Below, one piece after another: positions 40,491 to 49,964 of a stretch of 64,000 bases of DNA. The translations under genes were made by a program, and so were the position numbers. The number at the start of each line of letters is the position of its first letter. The stretch's first letter is position 1. Below the pieces are notes generated by a model, which did not search any database, was not told the DNA's origin, and worked only from the letters and a program-made list of their open reading frames with translations. The stretch comes from Vulcanimicrobiota bacterium (GTDB lineage Bacteria; Vulcanimicrobiota; Vulcanimicrobiia; Vulcanimicrobiales; Vulcanimicrobiaceae): assembly GCA_963833095.1 (NCBI GenBank), contig CAWHWQ010000002.1:128001-192000 (forward strand), in the 5' to 3' direction.

Positions 40491-41447
40491 TTAGCGCGTC
40501 AACGCAATGGCGATCGGCACGGTGACGATCATCGAGACGGTCGTCAACAGAAACGTCGAGGCGGCTTCGGCTTCGTACACTTTGTAGCGAACCGCGAGCA
40601 TCGGGAAAATCACGGCGGTTGAGATCGCGCAGATCAGGATCGCTTCGCTGCTAACGGGCTTAGCGATCGCCAGCGCCACGACCATCAGCGCCATGATCCC
40701 GGGTTGGACGAGCATCTTCGTCATTACGTTGCCGAGAATTTCCGGTGTCAATGTGATCTTATACGCGGCGAGAATGATTCCGGCCACGAAGAGCGCGACC
40801 CCCGCGGTCGCGGAGCCGATGAGTTCGAACATGTTCTCGATCTCGGTTGGTACGCGCACATCCAGCAGCACGAGAATCGTCGCCAGCAGCGGCGCCCACA
40901 CGTATGGCCGCCTGAAAGTGTCCAAGATGCTGCGACGGAGCAGTGTCGAGACGCTTAGCGTCGCTGCGCCCGCCGCTCGCTGGCGATCGTATTCGAGCAT
41001 CGTGACGGTCGCCGGCACGAGCATGATGTTAAACATCAGCGCAGCGACGGCAATAGTGAGAAGAGCAGATGGACCAAAGAGCGGTGTGAGAATCGGAATG
41101 CCCGCGAACGAGGCGTTGGAATACGTTACGCTGCCCGCTTGAATCGCGGCGGCACCAAGGCTATGGCGCAGCGCATACACGCTGAGGAGCGCGACGACCA
41201 CAAACAGTCCCAGCGCAGCGACGATCAGTGCGAGCACGAACGGTGCTTCGGAAAAAAGCGAACCACGCGAGGCTCGGACGATTCCGACAAACAACAGCGC
41301 GGGAAAGGCGTAGTTGAGGACCAATTCATTGAGGCCCGCAACCTGGTCGCTGTCGAATCGCTTGGCGCGCCCCGCCCAAAACCCAAGTGCTAGAACGAAG
41401 AGCACCGGCAAAAGCACTTCAAGGGCGCTAAAGAAGGTCGTCAGCAT
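40491..41447 (-). CDS. AEC-family transporter (malate/malonate permease-like)
   Basis: About 10 TM; LVLNYAFPALLF, SNASFAGIP, ALF..G. Confidence 0.85.
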   Translation of the reverse strand: MLTTFFSALEVLLPVLFVLALGFWAGRAKRFDSDQVAGLNELVLNYAFPALLFVGIVRASRGSLFSEAPFVLALIVAALGLFVVVALLSVYALRHSLGAAAIQAGSVTYSNASFAGIPILTPLFGPSALLTIAVAALMFNIMLVPATVTMLEYDRQRAAGAATLSVSTLLRRSILDTFRRPYVWAPLLATILVLLDVRVPTEIENMFELIGSATAGVALFVAGIILAAYKITLTPEILGNVMTKMLVQPGIMALMVVALAIAKPVSSEAILICAISTAVIFPMLAVRYKVYEAEAASTFLLTTVSMIVTVPIAIALTR

Positions 41448-41528
41448 ATCTCGCTCTAGCTCCTACGGTCGATGTGCTAGGATCTTAGCGCAGATTGCTT
41501 GGGCACCACAACGGGTACGTAAGCAAGC

Positions 41529-41888
41529 GTGAAATCTCTCTTGGATGCCTTTGGCTCTTTTGCACGGCACGTCAACAGCTTTTGCTCGAGCCCCGCAGCG
41601 ACGGCCCTCGCCTTCTCGATCGTCTTGGTCTGGGCCCTTTCCGGTCCGCATTTTCACTATTCTAACGGATGGCAGTTGGTGATCAATACCGGGACGACGA
41701 TTGTAACGTTCCTCATGGTCTTCGTCCTCAATAACGCGCAGAGCCGTGATACGTCGGCGATCAATGCCAAACTCGACGCACTTATCTTCGCAATCGAAAG
41801 TGCCGACAATCGGATGATCGGTCTCGAGCAGGAAACTGAGTTAGCGGCAAAAGAGATCCGTGACGACGTCGTCAGCTCGGTTCAGTAA
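41529..41888 (+). CDS. Low-affinity iron permease family protein
   Basis: W..SGP.F.YS..WQLVINTGTTIVTFLMVF..Q.RD..AI..KLD.LI. Confidence 0.88.
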   Translation: MKSLLDAFGSFARHVNSFCSSPAATALAFSIVLVWALSGPHFHYSNGWQLVINTGTTIVTFLMVFVLNNAQSRDTSAINAKLDALIFAIESADNRMIGLEQETELAAKEIRDDVVSSVQ

Positions 41889-41906
41889 CTTGCGAGGTGA
41901 ACGCGC

Positions 41907-42230
41907 ATGATGGATTCTGAGACAACTTTTATCGCCGTACTCATCTTCACGATCGACCCGAAAGATCTGGTCAGATTCGGTGACGCAGCCGCGCATTTGG
42001 TCCAGCACAAAGGGAGCGCAGCTCCCGGCTTCATTGAAAGTGTCGTGATGGCTAATGAGACCAAGACGCAAGTGTTGGTCGAGACGCGGTGGGAATCGCG
42101 GCACGCATGGGCACAGGTGCACTGGGATCAGGAGGTCGGAAACGGAATCGTCGCGCTCGTTGAGGGCGCGACGTCGTTTGATGTTCGAAGCTACGATCCG
42201 ATCGCGGTGGTGCGCCCCGCTAAGGCTTAG
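41907..42230 (+). CDS. Antibiotic-biosynthesis-monooxygenase-like (ferredoxin-fold) protein
   Basis: APGFIES, ETRWES pattern; about 107 aa. Confidence 0.6.
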   Translation: MMDSETTFIAVLIFTIDPKDLVRFGDAAAHLVQHKGSAAPGFIESVVMANETKTQVLVETRWESRHAWAQVHWDQEVGNGIVALVEGATSFDVRSYDPIAVVRPAKA

Positions 42231-43212
42231 TCCAAAAGTTCTCATCAGCCGGTTTGGCTGATGGGTGCGGCTTCGCATCGGGAGCCGCGTGCTGCGGTTT
42301 CGCGGCAGGCGCAGCGTGCTGTTGCGTAGCGTGCTGCTGCGGTGCCGCGTGCTGCTGCGGTGCGGCTGCGTGCTGCTGCGGTGCGGCTGCGTGCTGCTGC
42401 GGTGCGGCTGCGTGCTGCACCGGCGCGGCAACTGCATGCTGCTGCGCTGCGGCGGCAGCGGCTGGTTGCTGCGGCTTCACTGCTGTGAATCCCGCCGGGC
42501 GGTTATTCGCCGCGAGGGGCTTGGGCACAGAAACCTGACTGGGACTGCCATGATTGACGCTATCCAAGTAGCTGCGGTTCTGTTGCGCGACCGCGACGTG
42601 CGCGGTTTGCGCCGAGGTCATCGGATAGGTGCGCTGATGTTCGGTCGCAATCTGCGCTTGCGAAGGACGAGCCGTGACGCCGTGCGCTCCGCCGTTGTAC
42701 GACGTGCGCGGGATCGTATTCTGATTCACGTAGGAACCCGGATCGCTGTAATAATTACGCGACCCAATCGAGCGATTAACGTTGCTCACCGATGTGTTGT
42801 ATTGGAACGAATTGCCGTTCCATCGTCCACCGCGATAGCCCGATCCGTAGTAACCATATCCGTAGTTGATTCCGCCGTAATAGCCGACGTTTCGGCCCCA
42901 ATACCCGGCGGACCAACCGTATCGACCATTGTTCCAGCCCCAATAGCCGGGCGTCCACAACAGACCGACTTGCGGAGCTTGAACCCACGTTCCGGGAACC
43001 CAAAAGAAGCCGTACGAGCCGAAGCCCCAATATCCCGGCTGCCAGATCATGTTCGGCTGCATCGCGTCGGGTTGGTAATACTGCGGCAAGGGCGGCGGGG
43101 CGTAACCGACGGAAATACCGATCGACACCTGCGCGCTGACAGGCGATGGAACGGCAAAAACAAAGAACGCAGCCACGGCCAGGGTCAACGAAAGCAAAAC
43201 AGCTGAACGCAC
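42220..43212 (-). CDS. Secreted YXWGXW-repeat protein with Gln/His/Ala/Pro repeat tail
   Basis: Signal peptide; APPPLP, WQPGYW, WVPGTW, WTPGYWGW; GGAGGAGG RBS before GTG 43212. Confidence 0.85.
   Translation of the reverse strand: MRSAVLLSLTLAVAAFFVFAVPSPVSAQVSIGISVGYAPPPLPQYYQPDAMQPNMIWQPGYWGFGSYGFFWVPGTWVQAPQVGLLWTPGYWGWNNGRYGWSAGYWGRNVGYYGGINYGYGYYGSGYRGGRWNGNSFQYNTSVSNVNRSIGSRNYYSDPGSYVNQNTIPRTSYNGGAHGVTARPSQAQIATEHQRTYPMTSAQTAHVAVAQQNRSYLDSVNHGSPSQVSVPKPLAANNRPAGFTAVKPQQPAAAAAAQQHAVAAPVQHAAAPQQHAAAPQQHAAAPQQHAAPQQHATQQHAAPAAKPQHAAPDAKPHPSAKPADENFWTKP
42347..42409 (-). repeat. Three perfect 21-bp coding tandem repeats (QQHAAAP) with degenerate flanking copies
   Basis: GCGTGCTGCTGCGGTGCGGCT x3 on the + strand. 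Confidence 0.92.
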
Positions 43213-43294
43213 GTCAACGCCCTCCTCCGGGCGCGTGCTAAGCCTACCGCGCAATGGCAGCAACCAGGCATAGTGGAATGCCCGATTAAGCCGG

Positions 43295-44512
43295 TTATTC
43301 GAAGCGAAGCGCGTCGATTGGATTGAGATTCGCCGCTTTTCTTGCCGGATAGTATCCGAAAAAGATGCCGACGAGCGCCGAGAATCCGACCGCGAGAAAC
43401 ACCCAAGCGACCGGTATCTGGGTGGGCCACTTTGCCAGCAATGACACGACGAGCGTACCGATAAAGCCGAACAACACGCCGATGACACCCCCGACGGCGG
43501 ACAAGACCGTCGATTCCGTCAGGAACTGACGTAGAATCGAGGATCCACGCGCGCCCAGCGACATGCGAAGGCCGATCTCACGCGTGCGCTCGGTAACCGA
43601 AACCATCATGATGTTCATGATGCCGATACCGCCGACGATCAAAGAAACCGCCGCAACGCCGGCGAGCAAAAACTCCATCACCGCTCCGGTTGACGACGCG
43701 GCTGCTGCAATCGACTGCAGGTTGCGCACTTGGAAATCGTCGGGTTGTCCCGCGACGATGCGGTGGCGTTGTTCGAGCAGTTGCGTCACCTCGGTCTGAA
43801 CTGGAGTGACCAGCGCTGCGCTCGACGCAGAAACCATTAGTTGATTCACCGTCGTTTGGCCGGTTAGCCGCTGCATTGCTGAAGTGTACGGAACCAAAAT
43901 CGTATCATCTTGATCGGTACCGAGGCTGCTTTGTCCCAGCGCCGTAAGCGTTCCGATCACCGTGAACGGCACACCTTTGACGATGATATTCTGACCCACC
44001 GGATCGCCGGCGCCCGCAAAAAGTTCGCTGACGTCGGTCTGGCCCAAGACGGCGACCTTGGCAGAGCTCGCGATATCTTCGTCGGTAAAAAATGTTCCCG
44101 ATGCGAGCGGCCAGCCTTTGATAAAGGTGTAGGTCGGCGCGACCCCGCTGATCGTGGTTTGCCAGTTATTCCCACCGGCAACGACTTGCGTGCGAACGGT
44201 AACGAGCGGCGAGACAGCCGCCACGCCGGCAAGTGGCGTCATCGCCATGCCATCGGCGGGCGTCAAGGTCGAGGCACCCCCGAAGCCCGTGCGCGCACCG
44301 CCCTGCGTCACCGAACCCGGTTGCACCACGATCAAGTTCGATCCAAGCGCGTTGATGCTATTGGTGACCGACGTGCGCGCGCCGCTGCCGATCGCGACCG
44401 TCACGATAACTGCCGCCACGCCGATGACGATGCCGAGCATCGTCAGGAGCGAGCGCACTTTGTTGCGAATCAGCGCCTCAAGCGCAAGGCGCACGGTCGC
44501 CATAAAACTCAT
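43295..44512 (-). CDS. MacB-like ABC permease
   Basis: RSLLTMLGIVIGV, VGGIGIMNIM.VSVTERTREIG, GYYPARKAA.LNPIDALR. Confidence 0.93.
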   Translation of the reverse strand: MSFMATVRLALEALIRNKVRSLLTMLGIVIGVAAVIVTVAIGSGARTSVTNSINALGSNLIVVQPGSVTQGGARTGFGGASTLTPADGMAMTPLAGVAAVSPLVTVRTQVVAGGNNWQTTISGVAPTYTFIKGWPLASGTFFTDEDIASSAKVAVLGQTDVSELFAGAGDPVGQNIIVKGVPFTVIGTLTALGQSSLGTDQDDTILVPYTSAMQRLTGQTTVNQLMVSASSAALVTPVQTEVTQLLEQRHRIVAGQPDDFQVRNLQSIAAAASSTGAVMEFLLAGVAAVSLIVGGIGIMNIMMVSVTERTREIGLRMSLGARGSSILRQFLTESTVLSAVGGVIGVLFGFIGTLVVSLLAKWPTQIPVAWVFLAVGFSALVGIFFGYYPARKAANLNPIDALRFE

Positions 44513-45228
44513 GCCACGTTTTTTTCTGCGTCGCGGCGATGCACGTTCGGGCCATCGGAAACGATCTTACCATCGCGAAACGTCACGAGGCGCTTGGCAT
44601 AAAGCGCGATGTCAGGCTCATGGGTAACAAGCATGATTGTGATACCTTGTTCGTCATTGAGCCGCCCCAGAATCGACATGACGTCGTCCGACGTCTTGGT
44701 ATCGAGCGCGCCGGTCGGCTCGTCTGCGAGAATCAACCCGGGGTTATTGACCAGCGAGCGCGCGATGGCCACGCGTTGTTGCTGGCCGCCTGACATTTGG
44801 TTTGGCGCGTGCTGCGCGAGTTCGGCAACGCCGACGATGGCCAGCTTTTCGAGCGCGATACGACGGCGGTCGGCTTCCGGAACGCCCGCGTAGACCATCG
44901 GAAGCTCGACATTTTCAAGCGCGCTGGTTCGTGCAAGCAGATTGTAGGATTGAAAAACGAATCCTAAGCGGCGGCTTCGGATGTCGGCGCGATCGTCCGC
45001 ACTCAGATTCGCAACATCCTTGCCTTCAAACGTGTAACTGCCCGAAGTCGGCGTGTCGAGCAGCCCGGTGATCTGCATGAAGGTCGACTTTCCCGAGCCC
45101 GACGGTCCCATGATCGCAATAAACTCGCCCGGCTCGATCGTCAGATCCACACCGTCGAGCGCGAGCACTTGCGTTTCGCCGATGGTGTACACCTTGCGAA
45201 GCCGTTCTATGCGCACGACCGCAGTCAC
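44509..45228 (-). CDS. MacB/LolD-like ABC ATP-binding protein
   Basis: GPSGSGKST, MSGGQQQR, ILADEPTGALD. Confidence 0.95.
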   Translation of the reverse strand: MTAVVRIERLRKVYTIGETQVLALDGVDLTIEPGEFIAIMGPSGSGKSTFMQITGLLDTPTSGSYTFEGKDVANLSADDRADIRSRRLGFVFQSYNLLARTSALENVELPMVYAGVPEADRRRIALEKLAIVGVAELAQHAPNQMSGGQQQRVAIARSLVNNPGLILADEPTGALDTKTSDDVMSILGRLNDEQGITIMLVTHEPDIALYAKRLVTFRDGKIVSDGPNVHRRDAEKNVA

Positions 45229-46685
45229 TAATGAATCCCTCGTGTTGCGTTGGAGCTTGAACCGCCCAGCGCCGGCGCGGCAGCGTGGGTCGCGTTCTTC
45301 GTAACCACCGTTCCGCTCGTGCTTTGACTCACCACGACCAAATCGCCGACATCCAATGTGCTGCCGGCGCTCAAGCTAACGGCGGCTTGCGTGCTGTTTG
45401 CGAGCAGCACCGTTACGTGTTCGGCCTGCAATTTTCCGGCGTGCTCGACAAAGACGACGCCCGTCGTCGCGGTGTTTCCGCTCGAGGCGCCGCCGAGTGT
45501 CTGTCCCCAGGCCGCTGAACTGTTCGTCGCGGTGGCGCCGGCGCTACGCGCGGCGCCGAACTGCAACGCCGCAAGCGGCACGATTAAGGCATTGTTGGCG
45601 CTCGCCGTGTCGATCGTGGCGTTTGCCGTCATCCCCGGAAGTAGCGTTCCGGTGGGATTAGCGACGTCGACGACGACGTCATACGTGACCACGTTGTTGA
45701 GCGTCTGTGGATTGATGCGCACCTGGGTCACGTTACCGGTGAAGGTCAATTTCGGATACGCCAGCACGGTGAACGTCACCGTGTTTCCAGAAACGATGCC
45801 GCCGATGTCGGGCTCGCCGACATTGATGTCGACCTCCATCTTGGCCAGGTTTTGCGCGATGGAAAACAGAGTCGGCGCCGCCAACGAAGCTGCGACCGTT
45901 TGGCCGACCGAGACCTCGCGTGCCACCACGGTTCCGTTCACCGGAGAGGTGATGACCGTGTGTTGCAGGTTGAGCTGCGCTTCCTCCACCGTGGCTTGCG
46001 CAGCTTGCACCGCGGCCACGGCGGCATTCGCGCCTGCGCCTTGCGCTTGGGTCTGCGCCTGAGACTGCGTGTAGGCGGCCTGCGCCTGCGCTAACGCAGC
46101 TTCATCTTGCATGACGGTCGATTGATCGGCCTGCACCGTTTCTTGCGCAACGTAGCCGTGGCTCAACAGCGATTGATCGCGCGTGAGCTGTTCCTGCGCG
46201 GCGGTAAGCGCGGCTTGCGCTTTAGGGATCGCGGTCTGGGCGGCCGTTGCGCCGGCAGCTTGCGCAGTCGTGTTTGCACCGGCTTGGGTCGCGCTCGCCC
46301 GAGCCTGCGCGAGCGCCGCCGTTGCCTGATCGAGTTGCGACTGGAAGCTACTCGGATCGATCCGCGCGAGCACTTCGCCCATTTTCACCTTCGAGTTGAA
46401 ATCGACGTAGAGCTGCGAAATGATCCCGGAGACTTGAGTGCCGACGGTGACCGTGTTCTGCGGATTTACCGTTCCCGATGCCGTCACGCTTAGCACGAGC
46501 GTCTGTCGCACGATCGGTTTCGTAACGTAGCTCACGGCGGCGTGGCCGCGTAGCGCGACGACGGCGACGATCGCCGCAAGAACGAGAACACCGGCGCCAA
46601 GTGCCGCGAATATCCAGATGGGAATGTGTGGAAATCGTTTGAGGCCCCCGAACCATCCCGGGATCGCAACTGTTGGCGTGGACAT
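45228..46685 (-). CDS. MacA-like periplasmic adaptor
   Basis: N-terminal TM, VGTQVSG, coiled hairpin, ITSPVNG, GQTVAAS, LLPGMTAN. Confidence 0.92.
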   Translation of the reverse strand: MSTPTVAIPGWFGGLKRFPHIPIWIFAALGAGVLVLAAIVAVVALRGHAAVSYVTKPIVRQTLVLSVTASGTVNPQNTVTVGTQVSGIISQLYVDFNSKVKMGEVLARIDPSSFQSQLDQATAALAQARASATQAGANTTAQAAGATAAQTAIPKAQAALTAAQEQLTRDQSLLSHGYVAQETVQADQSTVMQDEAALAQAQAAYTQSQAQTQAQGAGANAAVAAVQAAQATVEEAQLNLQHTVITSPVNGTVVAREVSVGQTVAASLAAPTLFSIAQNLAKMEVDINVGEPDIGGIVSGNTVTFTVLAYPKLTFTGNVTQVRINPQTLNNVVTYDVVVDVANPTGTLLPGMTANATIDTASANNALIVPLAALQFGAARSAGATATNSSAAWGQTLGGASSGNTATTGVVFVEHAGKLQAEHVTVLLANSTQAAVSLSAGSTLDVGDLVVVSQSTSGTVVTKNATHAAAPALGGSSSNATRGIH

Positions 46686-46734
46686 CTTCTCTCGGTCGCC
46701 TCTTTTGGTCTATGCTTGTACCGTGAACGTGTTA

Positions 46735-47298
46735 ATGGTCATGCCGCCCGCCTGGGTGGCTTTTGCGCTCGCATGGGTCGGCATCACGGGATACAGCGCG
46801 AGAGTTACGGCATCCGAGCAACTTGGTTCGAAAACGCAGCAAGAAATTTTTGACTACACGTTTCTCAAGCCGTCCAGCGCGACGATGCACGTGCTAACCG
46901 GTCCTAACGCCGGCGTGACGGTCGTGTGGAGCGGTGGAACCACGGTGGTCGCTCACCGCGGCTCTGGCCTTGCCGCCATGTTCAAGAAGACATTTCCACT
47001 TCACGATCCGCAAGTGACCACGATTCGCGGCTCGTCGCTCGATCAGCTGAGTTTCGGCGCCATCCTCACCCACGGTGCCGACACGGCGGGTGTCGTCGCC
47101 GAAGGCAACGGTCCCACCATCGACGGTGTTGCGACCGATGAGGTCACGCTGGTTCCCACCAACGCCGTGATCGACACCGGATTGACGCTGGAAGTAATTG
47201 ACCTCTCGAAGGTCACGCACTTACCCGTGCGCTTAACCGGCTATGAAGGCGCCGCACTCGTGCGAACGATCGACTTTTCGAACGTCGACCCGCACTAA
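46735..47298 (+). CDS. Hypothetical LolA-like fold protein
   Basis: Beta-rich; F.KP...M, G...VW.GG, ID...LPVR...Y, FSNV pattern; start uncertain. Confidence 0.55.
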   Translation: MVMPPAWVAFALAWVGITGYSARVTASEQLGSKTQQEIFDYTFLKPSSATMHVLTGPNAGVTVVWSGGTTVVAHRGSGLAAMFKKTFPLHDPQVTTIRGSSLDQLSFGAILTHGADTAGVVAEGNGPTIDGVATDEVTLVPTNAVIDTGLTLEVIDLSKVTHLPVRLTGYEGAALVRTIDFSNVDPH

Positions 47299-47311
47299 AC
47301 GTAAAACGCGT

Positions 47312-47659
47312 CTACGGCTGGCCGACCCTCTGGTTGGCGTTGTTCAGAAGATAGACTTTATCCGCGTGTCGCATGCCGAGCATCTTTTGATCGTAGACGA
47401 TGCCGACGTAGCGCCCGGCTCGTATGTCTTTCATTTGGTACGTGGTCTTCCCGTCGGCCGAAAAGAGCTGATCGAAGTGCGGGACGATTTCGAAGGCCAG
47501 CGTTTGTTTCGTCCGCGTGTCCTCGACTTTGATGCTGTTGTCCGAAACGTGGATGACGGTACCGTAGAACGTCGACGCGGCGAGTGCCGGCGCAGGTGCG
47601 CCGAGCAGCAACACGGTTGCCGTGACCGGTGAGAGGAACAGTGCGAGAGGTCGTTGCAT
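47312..47659 (-). CDS. Small secreted protein (possible OB-fold)
   Basis: Signal peptide ending ALA; G.VIHVS...I.V..DIRAG.YV.I.Y pattern. Confidence 0.65.
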   Translation of the reverse strand: MQRPLALFLSPVTATVLLLGAPAPALAASTFYGTVIHVSDNSIKVEDTRTKQTLAFEIVPHFDQLFSADGKTTYQMKDIRAGRYVGIVYDQKMLGMRHADKVYLLNNANQRVGQP

Positions 47660-47672
47660 GGCGATTCTTTCT

Positions 47673-48692
47673 TTAGTTGCCGCCCGGGTTGGTGATAATG
47701 AGTCCCGTCGGTGGTGCGGAGATGGTAACGCCGGCGCCGCCCGCGAGCGCTCGCCCTCCAAAGGCATTGATGGCGGAAGTTATCGCGATCGCGCCGGTCG
47801 GGGCGATGATGTTTCCGTAGAAGGCGGCGCCGACAGCCACGCCGCCGAGTGTTGCTCCGCTCTCATCCGCCCAATAGATGTTGCACGCGTTCGCGCCGTT
47901 TACAAGGATCAGGTTGCCGCCGGGTGCGGCCATCGTAAGTGCTGACCCGATCTGGAAGATGAACACACTCTGCGGGTTACCCCCGCCGTCGAGCGTCAGT
48001 GGTCCGGCCGTGATCGACATCGTCGAGGCCGACTTGTAGACGCCGGCGCCGAGCACGCCTAACCCGCATACCGCCGTTCCGGTCGGACCGCAATTCGCAA
48101 CACCCGAATATCCGACGGGTACCTGCGAGAGATCGTAGCCGCCGCCGAAGGTGGGGGCAGTCGGCGTTTCCGCGTCGGCAAGGTTATACGCGTTTGTCAC
48201 CGCTAACTGCGCGCCCGTGAGGAACGCGGTGTTCGAATTGTAGCCGGTCGCATAGATCGCCGTCGCTCCGCCCGCGGTGTTTGCACCGGTAATTCCGGTC
48301 ACCGTCGTCGTGGGATACGCTCCGATCAGATCGTCATTGAACGTTCCATAAATGTTGGTGCTGCTCGCGCCGACAGCATATGTCACGAACATGCCGCCGG
48401 TGTTCGTGATGCCGCCCGCGCCGAGCAAAGCAAAGGGCGCGGCGAGGCCCAGCGGGATCGTGAAGGCACCGCCCTGCGAACAGGCCGCGAGAGGAAGTGG
48501 CGTTGGCGCCGGCGTCGGCGTAATAATCGGCGTCGGTACGGTTCCCGGAGGCGTGGGCGTCGCGCCCACTGGTGTCGGAAGCGTGTGGAGAGACGGGACG
48601 CTGCAATTGCCGCAGCTACACGCGGTTAGAAACGCGATCGCTACGACGACGGAGAGCAACCGAACGAAGCGCAAGGGTTTGAGCATCTTCAT
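47673..48692 (-). CDS. DUF3494 ice-binding-like lipoprotein
   Basis: Lipobox LTAC, PT-rich linker, LG.AAPFALL.A.GITNTG, GVYK..S, LTLDGGGNPQSVFIFQIGSALT, L.NGA.A.NIYW, GRALA. Confidence 0.85.
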   Translation of the reverse strand: MKMLKPLRFVRLLSVVVAIAFLTACSCGNCSVPSLHTLPTPVGATPTPPGTVPTPIITPTPAPTPLPLAACSQGGAFTIPLGLAAPFALLGAGGITNTGGMFVTYAVGASSTNIYGTFNDDLIGAYPTTTVTGITGANTAGGATAIYATGYNSNTAFLTGAQLAVTNAYNLADAETPTAPTFGGGYDLSQVPVGYSGVANCGPTGTAVCGLGVLGAGVYKSASTMSITAGPLTLDGGGNPQSVFIFQIGSALTMAAPGGNLILVNGANACNIYWADESGATLGGVAVGAAFYGNIIAPTGAIAITSAINAFGGRALAGGAGVTISAPPTGLIITNPGGN

Positions 48693-48697
48693 CGTCC

Positions 48698-49963
48698 TTA
48701 AAGCTTTATGCCGAGGCCAAGATAGGGACCATCATGCGTCTGACCGATCGGCGCGTTCTTTTTGGCACCGTATTCGTCACCGCCAAAGCCCCCGTAAAGG
48801 TAGAGCGGGAAGTGCCGCAGCGCGAGCGCAAGGCCGATGTCGAGCTTCCAGATCGAGTACTGCATCTGATATGTCTTGCCCGCGTTCGAACTGAACGGAC
48901 TGCTGACGGTGTAGCTGCCGGTCGCGCTCGGATAATAGAACGCGGAGCCGTAGTAGCTGATCCCCGGACGGAGATCGGGCAACTTTTCGACGCCGACGCC
49001 GAGCCCGTCCCAATGCGGATATCCGTAATTATTAGACGTCCAGATGTATCCTAGCCCAACGTAGAACCGAGGACTCGCGACCTGGTACTCCAGCCGCCCA
49101 TCTAAACTAACTTGGTGCGCCCAGAACACCGGCGTAAACGACGTGCCGCCGTCGATGGTGGCAAAATGTGTAAACTGGTTGCCGACCAAGTCGGTCAGAC
49201 TGTCGCTCGTGATATAGGAATCGTTGCGATAATCGACTTTCACGGCGAGCTTTGAATTGAGCGGCGCGTAGGCGAAGTTCATCTGCCACGACTCGCAGAA
49301 CGGGCCCGCGACGAACTCGTTGTAGTTACTGGAGCTCCACGTGCTGGCGCCTTGGAGGAAGAATGTGTACGACCCCGGCGTTGGGATGGGTGTGGGCGTC
49401 GGCGCAGCGGTTGGTACCGGCGTCGGCGGTGCGGTCGGCGGCGCAGTCGGTGGCGGCGTCGGCGGAATATACCGAACGACGACGATCTGACGCGTCGGCT
49501 CCCACTCAACGTAGGCACCTAACGCTTCGGAAAGCACGCGCACCGGGACGAGCACGACGCCTTGGTAGAGGATCGGCGGTACATCCAGCGGGCGCGACGC
49601 GCCGTCGACGACGACCTCATTCTTGCCCAGCGTGACCGAAGCGCTCGTGTCACCGCGCGTCACCGTGTAGGTATCGCCCGAGACGGACACGGTCGCGCCC
49701 ATCGCTTCGAACATACTCTGGAGCGGCACGTAGATCTGACCGTCTTTGACCAACGCTGCGAGCACGCGTCCTTGTTTGAGCGTGTCGGGCTTGGCGTACA
49801 CGGTGTGATCGTTGTAGAGAATCGGAACTGCACCCGACGGCGGGGCGCCGAAATTGGTGGTTGTATCCGCCGCCGCTACGAGAGCCGGCGATACATCAGC
49901 CACGGCTACGGCACTAGCGCAGATGGCCAGAGCCAAGCATAAAGCGAGCGAGCGCGTTACCAT
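48698..49963 (-). CDS. Copper-amine-oxidase-N (stalk) domain + PT linker + predicted outer-membrane beta-barrel
   Basis: Signal peptide; IYVPL..MFEAMGATV and VLVPVRVLSEALGA.VEW; amphipathic aromatic strands ending GPYLGLGIKL. Confidence 0.78.
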   Translation of the reverse strand: MVTRSLALCLALAICASAVAVADVSPALVAAADTTTNFGAPPSGAVPILYNDHTVYAKPDTLKQGRVLAALVKDGQIYVPLQSMFEAMGATVSVSGDTYTVTRGDTSASVTLGKNEVVVDGASRPLDVPPILYQGVVLVPVRVLSEALGAYVEWEPTRQIVVVRYIPPTPPPTAPPTAPPTPVPTAAPTPTPIPTPGSYTFFLQGASTWSSSNYNEFVAGPFCESWQMNFAYAPLNSKLAVKVDYRNDSYITSDSLTDLVGNQFTHFATIDGGTSFTPVFWAHQVSLDGRLEYQVASPRFYVGLGYIWTSNNYGYPHWDGLGVGVEKLPDLRPGISYYGSAFYYPSATGSYTVSSPFSSNAGKTYQMQYSIWKLDIGLALALRHFPLYLYGGFGGDEYGAKKNAPIGQTHDGPYLGLGIKL

Positions 49964-49964
49964 G

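Noticed and set aside
42285..42440. Repeat tract as CRISPR or a non-coding element
   Set aside because: The 21-bp period is in frame within the YXWGXW gene and encodes QQHAAAP
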